A DNA stretch of 64,000 nt from Patescibacteria group bacterium. GTDB lineage: Bacteria > Patescibacteriota > Patescibacteriia > PEXW01. Location: the NCBI GenBank assembly GCA_041671325.1, contig JBAZBR010000004.1:4004-68003 (forward strand), read 5' to 3'. Below the pieces are notes generated by a model. The model saw nothing but the letters and a program-made list of their open reading frames with translations, was not told the origin of the DNA and ran no database searches. Shown one piece after another: positions 38,043-46,609 of the stretch. Both the position numbers and the translations under genes were made by a program. Positions within the stretch are counted from its first letter, which is position 1. Each line of letters starts with the position of its first letter.

Positions 38043-38207
38043 AAATATAAAGGGGTTGGCCTGCCCCGTACCCGACCCCGAGCTTGGCGAGGGGGAGTGG
38101 TATGGGGTCGCCAGTTGGCTTAAATGGCGCTTGAAGAATAAATTTACCCATAGATTATTGAAGTATTGGTCAAGTGGTATAATAGAGTCAAGTAAAGAAA
38201 ATTCAAA

Positions 38208-38660
38208 TTGCTATTTAAAAAGGAGAGTGAAATGAGTGGTAACAGGCAGTCTTTGTTACGCATGCCCTATTGGTTTTATGCGGCGGTTGAAATCATTTTT
38301 TATTGGCTAGCGATGGTAAACTTATTGATTATATGTGGGTTGGGGTTTATTAATAACCCCTCACAAATGCTGGTGTGCCTCTTGGCTTTTTTGCCAATGT
38401 TTATTGCGATTGTGCTGTTAATAAGAATGGTCAAGACATGGAATATTTGGGCTAAGCACTGGCGCAAACCGGCTTTACTCCTCTTAGTAGTATTTAATGT
38501 TTACTGTATAGTTTCGGGCCAGAGCTGGGTAACCGATTGGCCAATGATGCGAACAATCTTGTTATTGTCAGCGATGTTGCAAGTGATTACTTTTCTTATT
38601 CTGAATCGGTTGGTCAAGTGGTTACCAGAGGGCTGGCGAACTCAGATACAATTAATTTAA
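38208..38660 (+). CDS. Multi-TM membrane protein (hypothetical)
   Basis: Four predicted TM helices. Confidence 0.4.
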   Translation: MLFKKESEMSGNRQSLLRMPYWFYAAVEIIFYWLAMVNLLIICGLGFINNPSQMLVCLLAFLPMFIAIVLLIRMVKTWNIWAKHWRKPALLLLVVFNVYCIVSGQSWVTDWPMMRTILLLSAMLQVITFLILNRLVKWLPEGWRTQIQLI

Positions 38661-38799
38661 GGCTTTTTTCAATTTGACCTCATCCGCTGGATGAGGTCAT
38701 TTTTTAGTTTCACGGGTTTGAAAGGGGCTTGGAGTTTAAATTGCATAAGTTCAACTGGGTGGTTATAATATTAATACATTTAAATTTAACATAAAAATA

Positions 38800-39207
38800 A
38801 TGTCTATTCTAAAAATATATCAGGAAAAAGCTAATATCTTGAAAAAAAATAATACTTTGTTAGTTATTTGGCTTGTCATATTAATGTGGAACATCGTGGG
38901 TATTGTTGTTACTGTTGTGGGAATGATAGGATCTTTACCGGATTTTGCTCCAAAGGATGTTGGAACTGCAGAAATTATCACAGGCGTGGCAACCATGCTG
39001 TTTTTAACTTTATTATTAGGTATCGCGGTTATTATCGGAGTGTTTAATTTAAAAAAATGGACAATTAGCTTACTTGGTTTATTAGCAATACTGGGCTTAA
39101 TTAGTCTTAATATTATTACAATTCTTACGGGGGTTATTCAATTTGGCCTTTACTGGTATTTGTATAAGGAATACCAAAAACTGACGGGTGATAGCCGGTT
39201 GGTTTGA
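38800..39207 (+). CDS. Multi-TM membrane protein (hypothetical)
   Basis: Four predicted TM helices. Confidence 0.4.
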   Translation: MSILKIYQEKANILKKNNTLLVIWLVILMWNIVGIVVTVVGMIGSLPDFAPKDVGTAEIITGVATMLFLTLLLGIAVIIGVFNLKKWTISLLGLLAILGLISLNIITILTGVIQFGLYWYLYKEYQKLTGDSRLV

Positions 39208-39397
39208 AAGATATCTTAAGTTTAAACTTCATAAGCAAGATTCACTATACCAATGAAGCTCAATTAATAAAAGATTTTTTGTGTTCGCTTCATACCCGCC
39301 TACGCCAAGGCTTCGGCCGACGAAGGTCGGCGGGTTATCAGCCCTAGGGATTTTTTGTGGAATTAGCAAAGTCGTAGCTGGAGGCTGATAAAAATAA

Positions 39398-39440
39398 AAA
39401 ACACCCCAAGTCCTCAAACTTGGGGTGGGTTTTTGCAAAA
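39398..39440 (-). terminator. Rho-independent terminator of the minus-strand GHKL operon
   Basis: On the minus strand, CCCCAAGTTTGAGGACTTGGGG is followed by TGTTTTTTATTTTT, ten nt after the stop of the 39450 gene. Confidence 0.6.
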
Positions 39441-39449
39441 AGAGCTAAA

Positions 39450-41075
39450 TCAATCAAAAGCGCCAATTAGTCTCATCCAGTAATGCTGGAATAACCGGTC
39501 AAAGGCTTTTCGCTCAGTATCGCTGTCAGTGAATTGCATAGCGATTTCTTTGCACAAATGCCTTTGGACATAAAGGCGCAAATGCTTATCACCCCTTTCT
39601 TCAGCTTTTTGCCAATCACCATGTTCAACGTTGAAGAACACGATGCCGCTTTCAAAACGGGTGCGCCAATTATAGCCTCGGGCATCGTCAGCAGTGGCCG
39701 TTTTGACCGTTATGCCAAATTGGCTTTTAATCTCATGACGCTGATAGCCGTTTGGATGTTCAGCGCTGGAATGGGTCTTTCCGAGCCTTTCATGAGTTGG
39801 AGGTTGTTTGCCAGACCCACGACAATTCGAACGACTTCTTGCTTCTTCAATAGTCGGCGGGGTAATCCTGACTTTACCGCTTTGTATATTTCCCGCAGTG
39901 GCGCTGACATGGCTGCCAGAAACAAAACCCTTAAACCTTCCTTGAAGTTGCAAGTCGTCGTTCGCCTGGAATAAAGCATCCAGGCCTTCAACGGCTGAAC
40001 GGATGATTTCTGCGTGCTTGATCGAACGTCCACGATCCCGCACCATATCAATGTAGCCAGGGCAATATTCAGCCGCATAGGTTTGGACTGCGGTTACAAA
40101 AGCTTCAAACTGCTCATCCGGGTCAAAACCTTTTCGGTTTTGCCTCAAAGTGCAGAAATTTAAATAAATGTAGCCTTGGAAAAAGCCCGAACCTAGCGTG
40201 GGCTTTACATCGCGCCAAAGATCGCGTACCCGATACAAGTCAAATCCATCTTTGTGCTTGTGGTCAACCATAATTTTTGGGGAGCTAACTGGTTGAACAG
40301 TCGTAAACATCTGGAAGTCAACATCGCCAAAAGGGGTTGGGATGGAAACAGCACGTTGCCGTCGGCCAGGGAATTCCTGTGGCTTTGCGTCAACCACCTG
40401 TTCAGGGCCGGTAAGTGGTTTATAGACTAACCGGACAAGGGCGTTTTGACTCTTGATTTTAACGGCATACCTTTCGCCAAGATAGCTGGCAATTTCTTCA
40501 ATGCGAGCCAATTGCTTCATGGCATTGGGCATGACATCTTTCAGAATCACGCAGGTGGTTGGCTGGAAATTCCCAGGCGGGTTTTTGTAGCCAAAGCCCG
40601 GCGGCATGGTTTCAAAAACACCCTTCGGCTTGTCATTGGGGCCCTGAACCTTTTTAATCCCGGCTTTTAAAACGTGTAGCTGTATATACGGGCTGTGCGG
40701 AACGGTTAAAGACCTGGTAATCCAGGTCATTTCCCCTTTTGTTTCCGAAACCAAGAAGAGCGCGGCAATCTTATCAAGTCCTTTTTCGCCGATATCTTCG
40801 GGGTTAAACTTGTTGGTCATGCCGACATTGTTCCAGATTTTCAGCAGCTCAGCTTTGGTAGCGCCCAAGCCGTCATCCCAGCCAAGCATCATTGATCTTT
40901 TTTCATCGATGACAATAATGATATGTTTGGCTTTTTTGTCCAAAGAATTTTGGACAAGGGCGGCGATCACGTCTGAAGGGGTTTCTGCCAAGTGGGCCAA
41001 ATACCATAAGACGTTGCCGACATGGACGCCGATTTCAAACTCCTCGCGCCTGATTCCGTCTTTGGGGTTTGTCAT
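39450..41075 (-). CDS. GHKL (Bergerat-fold) ATPase-domain protein, MutL/MORC/TopoVIB-like N-terminus, 541 aa
   Basis: N-box IAALVQNSLDKKAKHIIIVI and G1-box MLGWDDGLGAT. The remaining ~400 aa are unassigned. A 4-nt ATGA overlap with the upstream gene indicates translational coupling. Confidence 0.6.
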   Translation of the reverse strand: MTNPKDGIRREEFEIGVHVGNVLWYLAHLAETPSDVIAALVQNSLDKKAKHIIIVIDEKRSMMLGWDDGLGATKAELLKIWNNVGMTNKFNPEDIGEKGLDKIAALFLVSETKGEMTWITRSLTVPHSPYIQLHVLKAGIKKVQGPNDKPKGVFETMPPGFGYKNPPGNFQPTTCVILKDVMPNAMKQLARIEEIASYLGERYAVKIKSQNALVRLVYKPLTGPEQVVDAKPQEFPGRRQRAVSIPTPFGDVDFQMFTTVQPVSSPKIMVDHKHKDGFDLYRVRDLWRDVKPTLGSGFFQGYIYLNFCTLRQNRKGFDPDEQFEAFVTAVQTYAAEYCPGYIDMVRDRGRSIKHAEIIRSAVEGLDALFQANDDLQLQGRFKGFVSGSHVSATAGNIQSGKVRITPPTIEEARSRSNCRGSGKQPPTHERLGKTHSSAEHPNGYQRHEIKSQFGITVKTATADDARGYNWRTRFESGIVFFNVEHGDWQKAEERGDKHLRLYVQRHLCKEIAMQFTDSDTERKAFDRLFQHYWMRLIGAFD

Positions 41076-41587
41076 TTATCACCCCCAGAGTTATGTCCGG
41101 AACCAAGATGTAGATGTCCCTCTTCAATCAGTGTCCGGCGGATCGTTTCCGAATTCAGAGCTCGGGCGAGGGTTGAAAACAGCTTCAAGCCATCCCCACC
41201 ACAGAGTTCACGCAACTTGTCTCGCAATGAGGAATCGGGATCTTGGGCAATGAGCTGTAAATCCGGTAACATAAGCTGGATTAACAACTGAAGCCGATTT
41301 ACTACCGTCATGTCTTTAGCAGTTGATTCTGGATAAGCGAGTAGTTTAGCCAAAGCCGTGGAAGTTGCTGGGCCATTAAAAAGCGCGTTACCAGTCAATT
41401 CAAAAAGTTTTCTTCGGTGTTTAGCTGAACGTGGGACACTCTTGCCATTCCACCATTCGGTGAAAGTGGATTTGGGAATGCCCAATCTTTGCGCCATGGC
41501 AGTCGGCCCGTCAAGCTTGAGTTGCCGCGCGCAGTTCTTCAAAATCACTGATATAGTTTTGTCCATTTTTTCGTCCTTTCTACACAT
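41072..41587 (-). CDS. HTH (XRE/Cro-like) DNA-binding protein
   Basis: MAQRLGIPKSTFTEWWNGKSVP has a helix-turn-helix pattern near the N-terminus. Confidence 0.5.
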   Translation of the reverse strand: MCRKDEKMDKTISVILKNCARQLKLDGPTAMAQRLGIPKSTFTEWWNGKSVPRSAKHRRKLFELTGNALFNGPATSTALAKLLAYPESTAKDMTVVNRLQLLIQLMLPDLQLIAQDPDSSLRDKLRELCGGDGLKLFSTLARALNSETIRRTLIEEGHLHLGSGHNSGGDK

Positions 41588-41593
41588 CAGTGG

Positions 41594-42454
41594 TTAAGAT
41601 ATTCGAACGCGTTTGGCAAGCCTGATCATGGAATCGGAGAAAACTCTGACTTGGGTGATCCTGGAAATTTCATTGGCGATTGTTACCCAGGCTTTTTTCT
41701 TAGCCCTGGCTTGGCGCAAAAAAGCCACCAAGCTAATTTTCTTTTTGACCCGTAAAATCCGGTCAGCTTTGAAGTTGTCTTTCTTCAAAATGATTTGCCG
41801 ACGGCCGAGTTGGGGCTTGGGGGTCAAAGACAGAACCTTCATCCAGGAACACAATATCCGTTGATTGACCGTTAGGACGTATTTTTCACTGATTGTTTTG
41901 GCTGCTCGTTTTTGTGATTTTTGATCAGCGTAGATGGCAGCAATAATTCTTCTGGCTTTTTTAACCCCGCCAACCCGACGGCAAAAACCACGCAAAGACT
42001 TACTCCGTGAAGGAAGGTCTTGTATAGAGGTTATTCGTCTGGGTTTTCTTGACCTTTTTCTTTTGTACCTGGATTTCAGTTTATGGAGTCTTTCCGGGCT
42101 GGTTAGCGTTTGGGCGGTTGTGCCAAAATGTATGTCCAGCACGGAAAAGCCAAGTCTTGAACTGGCGCTGGCTAGCCACACTGCAAATGCTTCATAATGA
42201 GCAAGTACAGCCAGGCCCAGATCCAAAGCGTCTTTTTCCTCGCCTTTGAATTTCGGAATATGGGTATAAAGCAGTTGCGGAGAGAGGTTGCCTTCTCGCC
42301 TGGCCGCTGAAATCAAGGTGTGCAAATCTGGATGGTCATCCAAGTAGCGATGAAAATCTTGATCGTTCATCAGGTCTTTGGTTGCGGCGAGGCTTTTACG
42401 AATAATCTCAATTGCTTTTTGCATCTTTCGGTTTTCCTTTCGTGCCCGTGCCAA
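41594..42454 (-). CDS. Highly basic hypothetical protein (286 aa, Arg/Lys-rich; nucleic-acid-binding candidate)
   Basis: Runs of KRKRSRKPRR and ARAKKKAW. No recognised catalytic motif. Confidence 0.45.
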   Translation of the reverse strand: MARARKENRKMQKAIEIIRKSLAATKDLMNDQDFHRYLDDHPDLHTLISAARREGNLSPQLLYTHIPKFKGEEKDALDLGLAVLAHYEAFAVWLASASSRLGFSVLDIHFGTTAQTLTSPERLHKLKSRYKRKRSRKPRRITSIQDLPSRSKSLRGFCRRVGGVKKARRIIAAIYADQKSQKRAAKTISEKYVLTVNQRILCSWMKVLSLTPKPQLGRRQIILKKDNFKADRILRVKKKISLVAFLRQARAKKKAWVTIANEISRITQVRVFSDSMIRLAKRVRIS

Positions 42455-42481
42455 GATTTTCTTGACGTGGACGTGATAGGG

Positions 42482-42727
42482 TTATGGTTTTATTGCTTTC
42501 CAAAAAGCCTTAATTCCATGATCTCTTTTGATCACGGCTAGCCAGCGGGCGGCCTTAGCTAAACCCGGGTCATGGGTAGATGCTAAAGCCAAACGATGAC
42601 ACTTATCCGGACTGTTGCTTTGAGCTAATCCAATTAGACTAGGTTCTTGTAAAGCCGGTTGCGCTAAGATTTTCAGCTCAGTTAAACTGTGTTTCGCGGC
42701 CACACTTTTAACTCCTTTCGTTTTCAA
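42482..42727 (-). CDS. Small hypothetical protein (81 aa), first gene of the operon
   Basis: Clean ORF. A TTGACA-17-TAAGGT promoter candidate sits about 60 nt upstream on the minus strand, at roughly 42790-42818. Confidence 0.35.
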   Translation of the reverse strand: MKTKGVKSVAAKHSLTELKILAQPALQEPSLIGLAQSNSPDKCHRLALASTHDPGLAKAARWLAVIKRDHGIKAFWKAIKP

Positions 42728-42865
42728 GTTGCGGTTTTTTTGGTTTATTTAAGAAAGCCAAAAAGCTTTCAAATTACCTTAAAATTATTACTTGAGTTTG
42801 TCAATAAATGAAAATCTGCTAATTAATAGAAAAAGCCTTAGCCTTATCAGTGCTATACTTTATCT

Positions 42866-43453
42866 ATGATCGCGCAAATCCGCGGGCAAATCACTGCCCT
42901 AACAATAAAATCAGCAATCGTGGATGTTAACGGCATTGGTTACCGGGTTTTTGTGACCCCGCAAACCTTGGCGGGTTTGGAAATCAACCAAACCTATACT
43001 TTATATACCCACCACCACCAGCGGGAAGACGGGCAAGAATTGTACGGCTTTTTAAGTGTGGACGAGCGGGACATGTTTGAAAAACTTTTAAGCGTGAATG
43101 GGGTGGGTCCCAAATCCGCCTTGGGAGTTTTGTCGCGCGCCCGAGTTTCGGATATTGTCAAAGCCGTGCAAGAAAATGAAACCAGCATGCTGACCAAAGT
43201 TTCGGGGATTGGCGCCAAAACCGCGGAAAGAATTGTGCGGGAATTGGCCGGAAAATTGGACGGGCAATTTATAATTACTAAACCTGGCGAAATTGCTGCC
43301 ACCAGCGATGAGGCTGATGTCATTTCCGCTTTGGAGCAATTGGGTTATTCGGCCAATGAAGCCAGGAAAGCCTTAGCTGGTTTACCGAAAGATATAAAGG
43401 ATCCAGCGCAAAAAATTAAGGCAGTGTTAAAAAACCACGGCCAAGCCAAATAA
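42866..43453 (+). CDS. ruvA: Holliday junction DNA helicase RuvA
   Basis: MIAQIRGQI...GIGYRVFV...LYGF...ER..F..L..V.GVGPK.AL.VLS pattern, with domain III at the C-terminus. Confidence 0.9.
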   Translation: MIAQIRGQITALTIKSAIVDVNGIGYRVFVTPQTLAGLEINQTYTLYTHHHQREDGQELYGFLSVDERDMFEKLLSVNGVGPKSALGVLSRARVSDIVKAVQENETSMLTKVSGIGAKTAERIVRELAGKLDGQFIITKPGEIAATSDEADVISALEQLGYSANEARKALAGLPKDIKDPAQKIKAVLKNHGQAK

Positions 43454-43454
43454 T

Positions 43455-44486
43455 ATGGAAATTCAAGCTTGGTCAGATCAGGAAAATTGGGAGAAATTTT
43501 TAAGCACTATCCAGCACGCGCCTTTTCAGCAGTCTTGGGCTTGGGGTGAATTCCAAAAATCCCGAGGTGCGGAAATTATCAGGTTAGCCGTAATTAAAAA
43601 TCAAAAACTTATTGGTCTTGTCCAAGGCTTAATTGAGCCTTGGCGTTTTGGCCAACAAACTGTAACGGTTTTTTCCGGTCCCGTGGCGGATTTAAATTTA
43701 CAACCCAAAGAATACCAGGAAGTTTTAAGTTTGTCAGTGATTAAATTAATTGAAATCGCGAAAACTAGGACTTGTATGTATTTCCATATTGAACCGGCAA
43801 TTGAAAAAAGCCAGGAGTCATTATTTCGTGCATTAATTGAGGAAAATAAATTAACACCTGCCAAAGCCTTTCAACCAGTGGATACGGTCGTTTTAGATGT
43901 CAATAAGGATGAAAATTCTATCCTGCAAAACATGCACGAAAAGACTCGTTACAATATCCGTTTGTCCGAGAAAAAAGGCGTGCAAGCGCAAAGTTATGTG
44001 GGGGAAATGGCCAAAGAAAAAATGGATTTATTTATTCGGCTGAACCAAGAAACCACGGCGCGGGATAAATTCACCAGCCACAGCGCCGGTTATTATAAAA
44101 AAATGGCAGAAAATTTACCCGAAGGCACGCTAAAACTTTTTATTGCCAGTTTTGAAAACCAGCCAATTGCCGCCAATGTAATTATTGATTATGCCGACAC
44201 CTCAACTTATTTGCATGGTGCCTCGTCGGATAAATTCCGCAATGTCATGGCCCCGCATTTGTTGCAGTGGCGCCAGATTTTGGAGGCTAAATTGGCAGGC
44301 AAACATTGGTACGATTTTTACGGCATCCAGACGGAAACTAGGATGAGACAATCAAAATCTGGCGCCAGCTGGGCAGGCATTACTCGTTTCAAGTTGGGCT
44401 TTAGCGGCCAGGTTACTTCTTATTTAGATGCCTTGGAGTTGCCAATTAAAAAAACCTGGTATAGGCTTTTAAAAGTTATCCGTTAA
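43455..44486 (+). CDS. FemAB-family (peptidoglycan interpeptide bridge / aminoacyl-transferase-like) protein
   Basis: QSWAWGEFQ, DKFRNVMAPHLLQWRQILEAKLAGKHWYDFYGI and FKLGFSG are typical of FemAB/GNAT-fold peptidyltransferases. Confidence 0.55.
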   Translation: MEIQAWSDQENWEKFLSTIQHAPFQQSWAWGEFQKSRGAEIIRLAVIKNQKLIGLVQGLIEPWRFGQQTVTVFSGPVADLNLQPKEYQEVLSLSVIKLIEIAKTRTCMYFHIEPAIEKSQESLFRALIEENKLTPAKAFQPVDTVVLDVNKDENSILQNMHEKTRYNIRLSEKKGVQAQSYVGEMAKEKMDLFIRLNQETTARDKFTSHSAGYYKKMAENLPEGTLKLFIASFENQPIAANVIIDYADTSTYLHGASSDKFRNVMAPHLLQWRQILEAKLAGKHWYDFYGIQTETRMRQSKSGASWAGITRFKLGFSGQVTSYLDALELPIKKTWYRLLKVIR

Positions 44487-44496
44487 CTAAAATTTT

Positions 44497-45222
44497 ATGA
44501 TCAAGACTGCTGTCATTTCCGCCGCTGGCAAAGGCACGCGCATGAAAGAGCTGGCCAAAGACAAACCCAAACACATGATTGAAGTGAATGGCAAGCCCTT
44601 CTTGTGGTATTTGATTGAAAATCTGCGCGCCGCCGGCTTTGATGATTTAATTATCGTGGTTGGCCACCTTTGCCAGCATATTGAAAAGTTCGCTGAATCT
44701 TATCCGCACAAACTGACCATTGTTAACCAATACGGCGTCATGGGCGAAGAGGTTTATGGTACGGCCGTGCCGATTATGGCTGCCAAAGAAGCGGTGGATG
44801 GCAAACCTTTCATTGCGGTCTATGGCGATAACCTGTATTCAGTCCGGGATTTGAAAGCCATGAACCATGATGATGGGCTTTGTTATGTCGGCGGTTTGCC
44901 GCATGAGAATTGGCAGAAGTACGGAGTTTTGATCCCCGGCTCAAACCAGGAATTAAAAGAGATCATCGAAAAACCTGATCATGATGTGGGTTCAAAATTA
45001 ATTAACACCGGCTTGTATACTTTTACCCAAGATATTTTGGAAGCCTGCAAACACGTCAAACCCACGCCACCCAAAAATGAATTATATTTGACTGACGCCA
45101 TAACCGAATTGGCTAGCCAGGGCAAAGTCATGATCCAGCCCATCCAGGATTATTGGAAAGATTTTGGCTCACCAGAGGATGTGGGCACAGTCAGCCGGTT
45201 TTTAATAGAAAGAAGTAAGTAA
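44497..45222 (+). CDS. Sugar-phosphate nucleotidylyltransferase
   Basis: AVISAAGKGTRMKEL..DKPKHMIEVNGKPFL carries the G-x-G-T-R motif. Confidence 0.7.
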   Translation: MIKTAVISAAGKGTRMKELAKDKPKHMIEVNGKPFLWYLIENLRAAGFDDLIIVVGHLCQHIEKFAESYPHKLTIVNQYGVMGEEVYGTAVPIMAAKEAVDGKPFIAVYGDNLYSVRDLKAMNHDDGLCYVGGLPHENWQKYGVLIPGSNQELKEIIEKPDHDVGSKLINTGLYTFTQDILEACKHVKPTPPKNELYLTDAITELASQGKVMIQPIQDYWKDFGSPEDVGTVSRFLIERSK

Positions 45223-45233
45223 GGAAGAATCTC

Positions 45234-45316
45234 GCGCCCGTAGCTCAACGGATAGAGTATTGGCCTCCCTCCGGGCCGTTGACCCGTAGGGCCAGAGGCC
45301 GAAGCCTAAAAATCTA
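45234..45316 (+). other. Pseudo-tRNA: partial duplicate of the 5' portion of tRNA-Arg with a ~30-nt insertion and no T-arm or 3' acceptor
   Basis: GCGCCCGTAGCTCAACGGATAGAGTATTGGCCTCC...CCGAAGCCT parallels the first 47 nt of the downstream tRNA-Arg (GTCCCCATAGCTTAACGGATAAAGCGTAGGCCTCCGAAGCCT). No pairing partner for the acceptor 5' strand was found. Confidence 0.3.
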
Positions 45317-45328
45317 ATTAATTATACT

Positions 45329-45403
45329 GTCCCCATAGCTTAACGGATAAAGCGTAGGCCTCCGAAGCCTGAGATTGAGGTTCAATTCCTCATGGGGGCA
45401 CCA
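45329..45403 (+). tRNA. tRNA-Arg (anticodon CCG), with encoded CCA
   Basis: Hand-folded: acceptor GTCCCCA/TGGGGGC, D-arm GCTT-AACGGATA-AAGC, anticodon stem TAGGC/GCCTG with loop CTCCGAA (CCG), T-arm TGAGG-TTCAATT-CCTCA, then A-CCA. Confidence 0.8.
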
Positions 45404-45475
45404 GCTCGTTTCGTGCTTCACCCTGCGTGAGCGCGCTTTTCGCTTGCTCACTTCAGGTTACGCACGAAGCCTCGC
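45404..45475 (+). ncRNA. Conserved structured element immediately 3' of a tRNA (copy 2 of 2)
   Basis: GCTCGTTTCGTGCTTCACCCTGCGTGAGCGCGCTTTTCGCTTGCTCAC...GCACGAAGCCTCGC has the same nested stems as the copy at 1130-1200. A terminator-like hairpin follows at 45549-45585 (CCCCAATTTTTTATTAAAAAATTGGGG). Confidence 0.4.
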
Positions 45476-45690
45476 ATTCCCGACAAACCCGTACTCGCTC
45501 CGCTGCGTTCCTGGTTTGTCGGGTCAGGTTTCACAAACGTGTCGCTTACCCCAATTTTTTATTAAAAAATTGGGGCCCCCCGGGTTTTAGTTTGCTTTTT
45601 TATCCTTAAAGAGAGAAAATAAAAAGGCACACCCTTAAACAAATAAGGGTTTAAAGCATTACAAAATCTCAATAATTAACCAAAATAATT

Positions 45691-46485
45691 ATGAGCAAAA
45701 AAACTATATTAATAAGAAGCGTATTTTTAATCGCTCTGGCCTTTGTCGTTACTGGCTGCAGCAAAAAAACCACCAACACCAACACCACGAATACCAACAC
45801 CAATGTGGTGGTGACTGAAGCGCCCTTTGTCATGAATGGCAGTACCAAGGTCTTCAGCCTTAAATTGGTCAATGGGTTATTCAATTATAAAACCATGACT
45901 TTTTACGCTGGCGACAATGTGGAAGTCCGGTTGACCAGCAATAACCAGCCAGTTGATTTTAAATTCCAAAATGTACCAGCCACTTCAACCAACGGCATCT
46001 TCCGTACCATTATCCAGGATGATGACAAGGGCGGAACCTATTTGCTGGTTTGTTCGAACCAAGAGTGCGGTAGCATCACCTTAACGGTTATTCCAAAAAC
46101 CAACACTAATACCACGAATGGCAACACCAATCAAGCCGCTAATACCAATACCTCGCCTAACCAAATCACCAAAGTTGAATTGCAACGCATCCCGGCTGGC
46201 ACAACCTTTAGTCCCAATAATACCTATGAAACTACGACCAGTTTCAATGTCGGCGATCAATTCGGCTTGAGCGTTACTGGGGAATTTAAACTCGGTACCA
46301 CTTTAGCCCACACCTTCACCAATAGTGCCGGCAAAGAAATTGAAGCACAGTCTAAGCATCAAAACTTACAGCCTGGCACGAACGGCTCTTGCTGTTTCAG
46401 TCTGCCCACTACCGCTGGTTCGTATAACCTCAAACTTTATGTGGATGGTAAGGCTGCCCAGAGCGTGCCGATTACTTTGAAATAA
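45691..46485 (+). CDS. Lipoprotein with TNTN low-complexity linkers (hypothetical)
   Basis: Signal peptide with lipobox VTGC, and repeated TNTNTTNTNTN tracts. Confidence 0.5.
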   Translation: MSKKTILIRSVFLIALAFVVTGCSKKTTNTNTTNTNTNVVVTEAPFVMNGSTKVFSLKLVNGLFNYKTMTFYAGDNVEVRLTSNNQPVDFKFQNVPATSTNGIFRTIIQDDDKGGTYLLVCSNQECGSITLTVIPKTNTNTTNGNTNQAANTNTSPNQITKVELQRIPAGTTFSPNNTYETTTSFNVGDQFGLSVTGEFKLGTTLAHTFTNSAGKEIEAQSKHQNLQPGTNGSCCFSLPTTAGSYNLKLYVDGKAAQSVPITLK

Positions 46486-46609
46486 TAAATTTCAGGACAA
46501 TATTAAAACACCTCAAGGCAAAGTCTTGGTAGTCCCGTAAGAAATATAAGTATAAAAAACAACCCCGCTGGTTTTTGCGGGATTGTTTTTCAAATTGATT
46601 TTTAATTTT

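Noticed and set aside
39450-41075. Assigning the GHKL protein as MutL or DNA gyrase B
   Set aside because: There are no MutL C-terminal dimerisation or Toprim motifs, and the partner genes are HTH and basic proteins rather than mutS or gyrA. It is left as an unassigned GHKL ATPase.
45234-45316. Calling this a functional tRNA, possibly intron-containing
   Set aside because: No T-arm or 3' acceptor strand could be found even allowing an intron in the anticodon loop. It is kept only as a pseudo-tRNA fragment.
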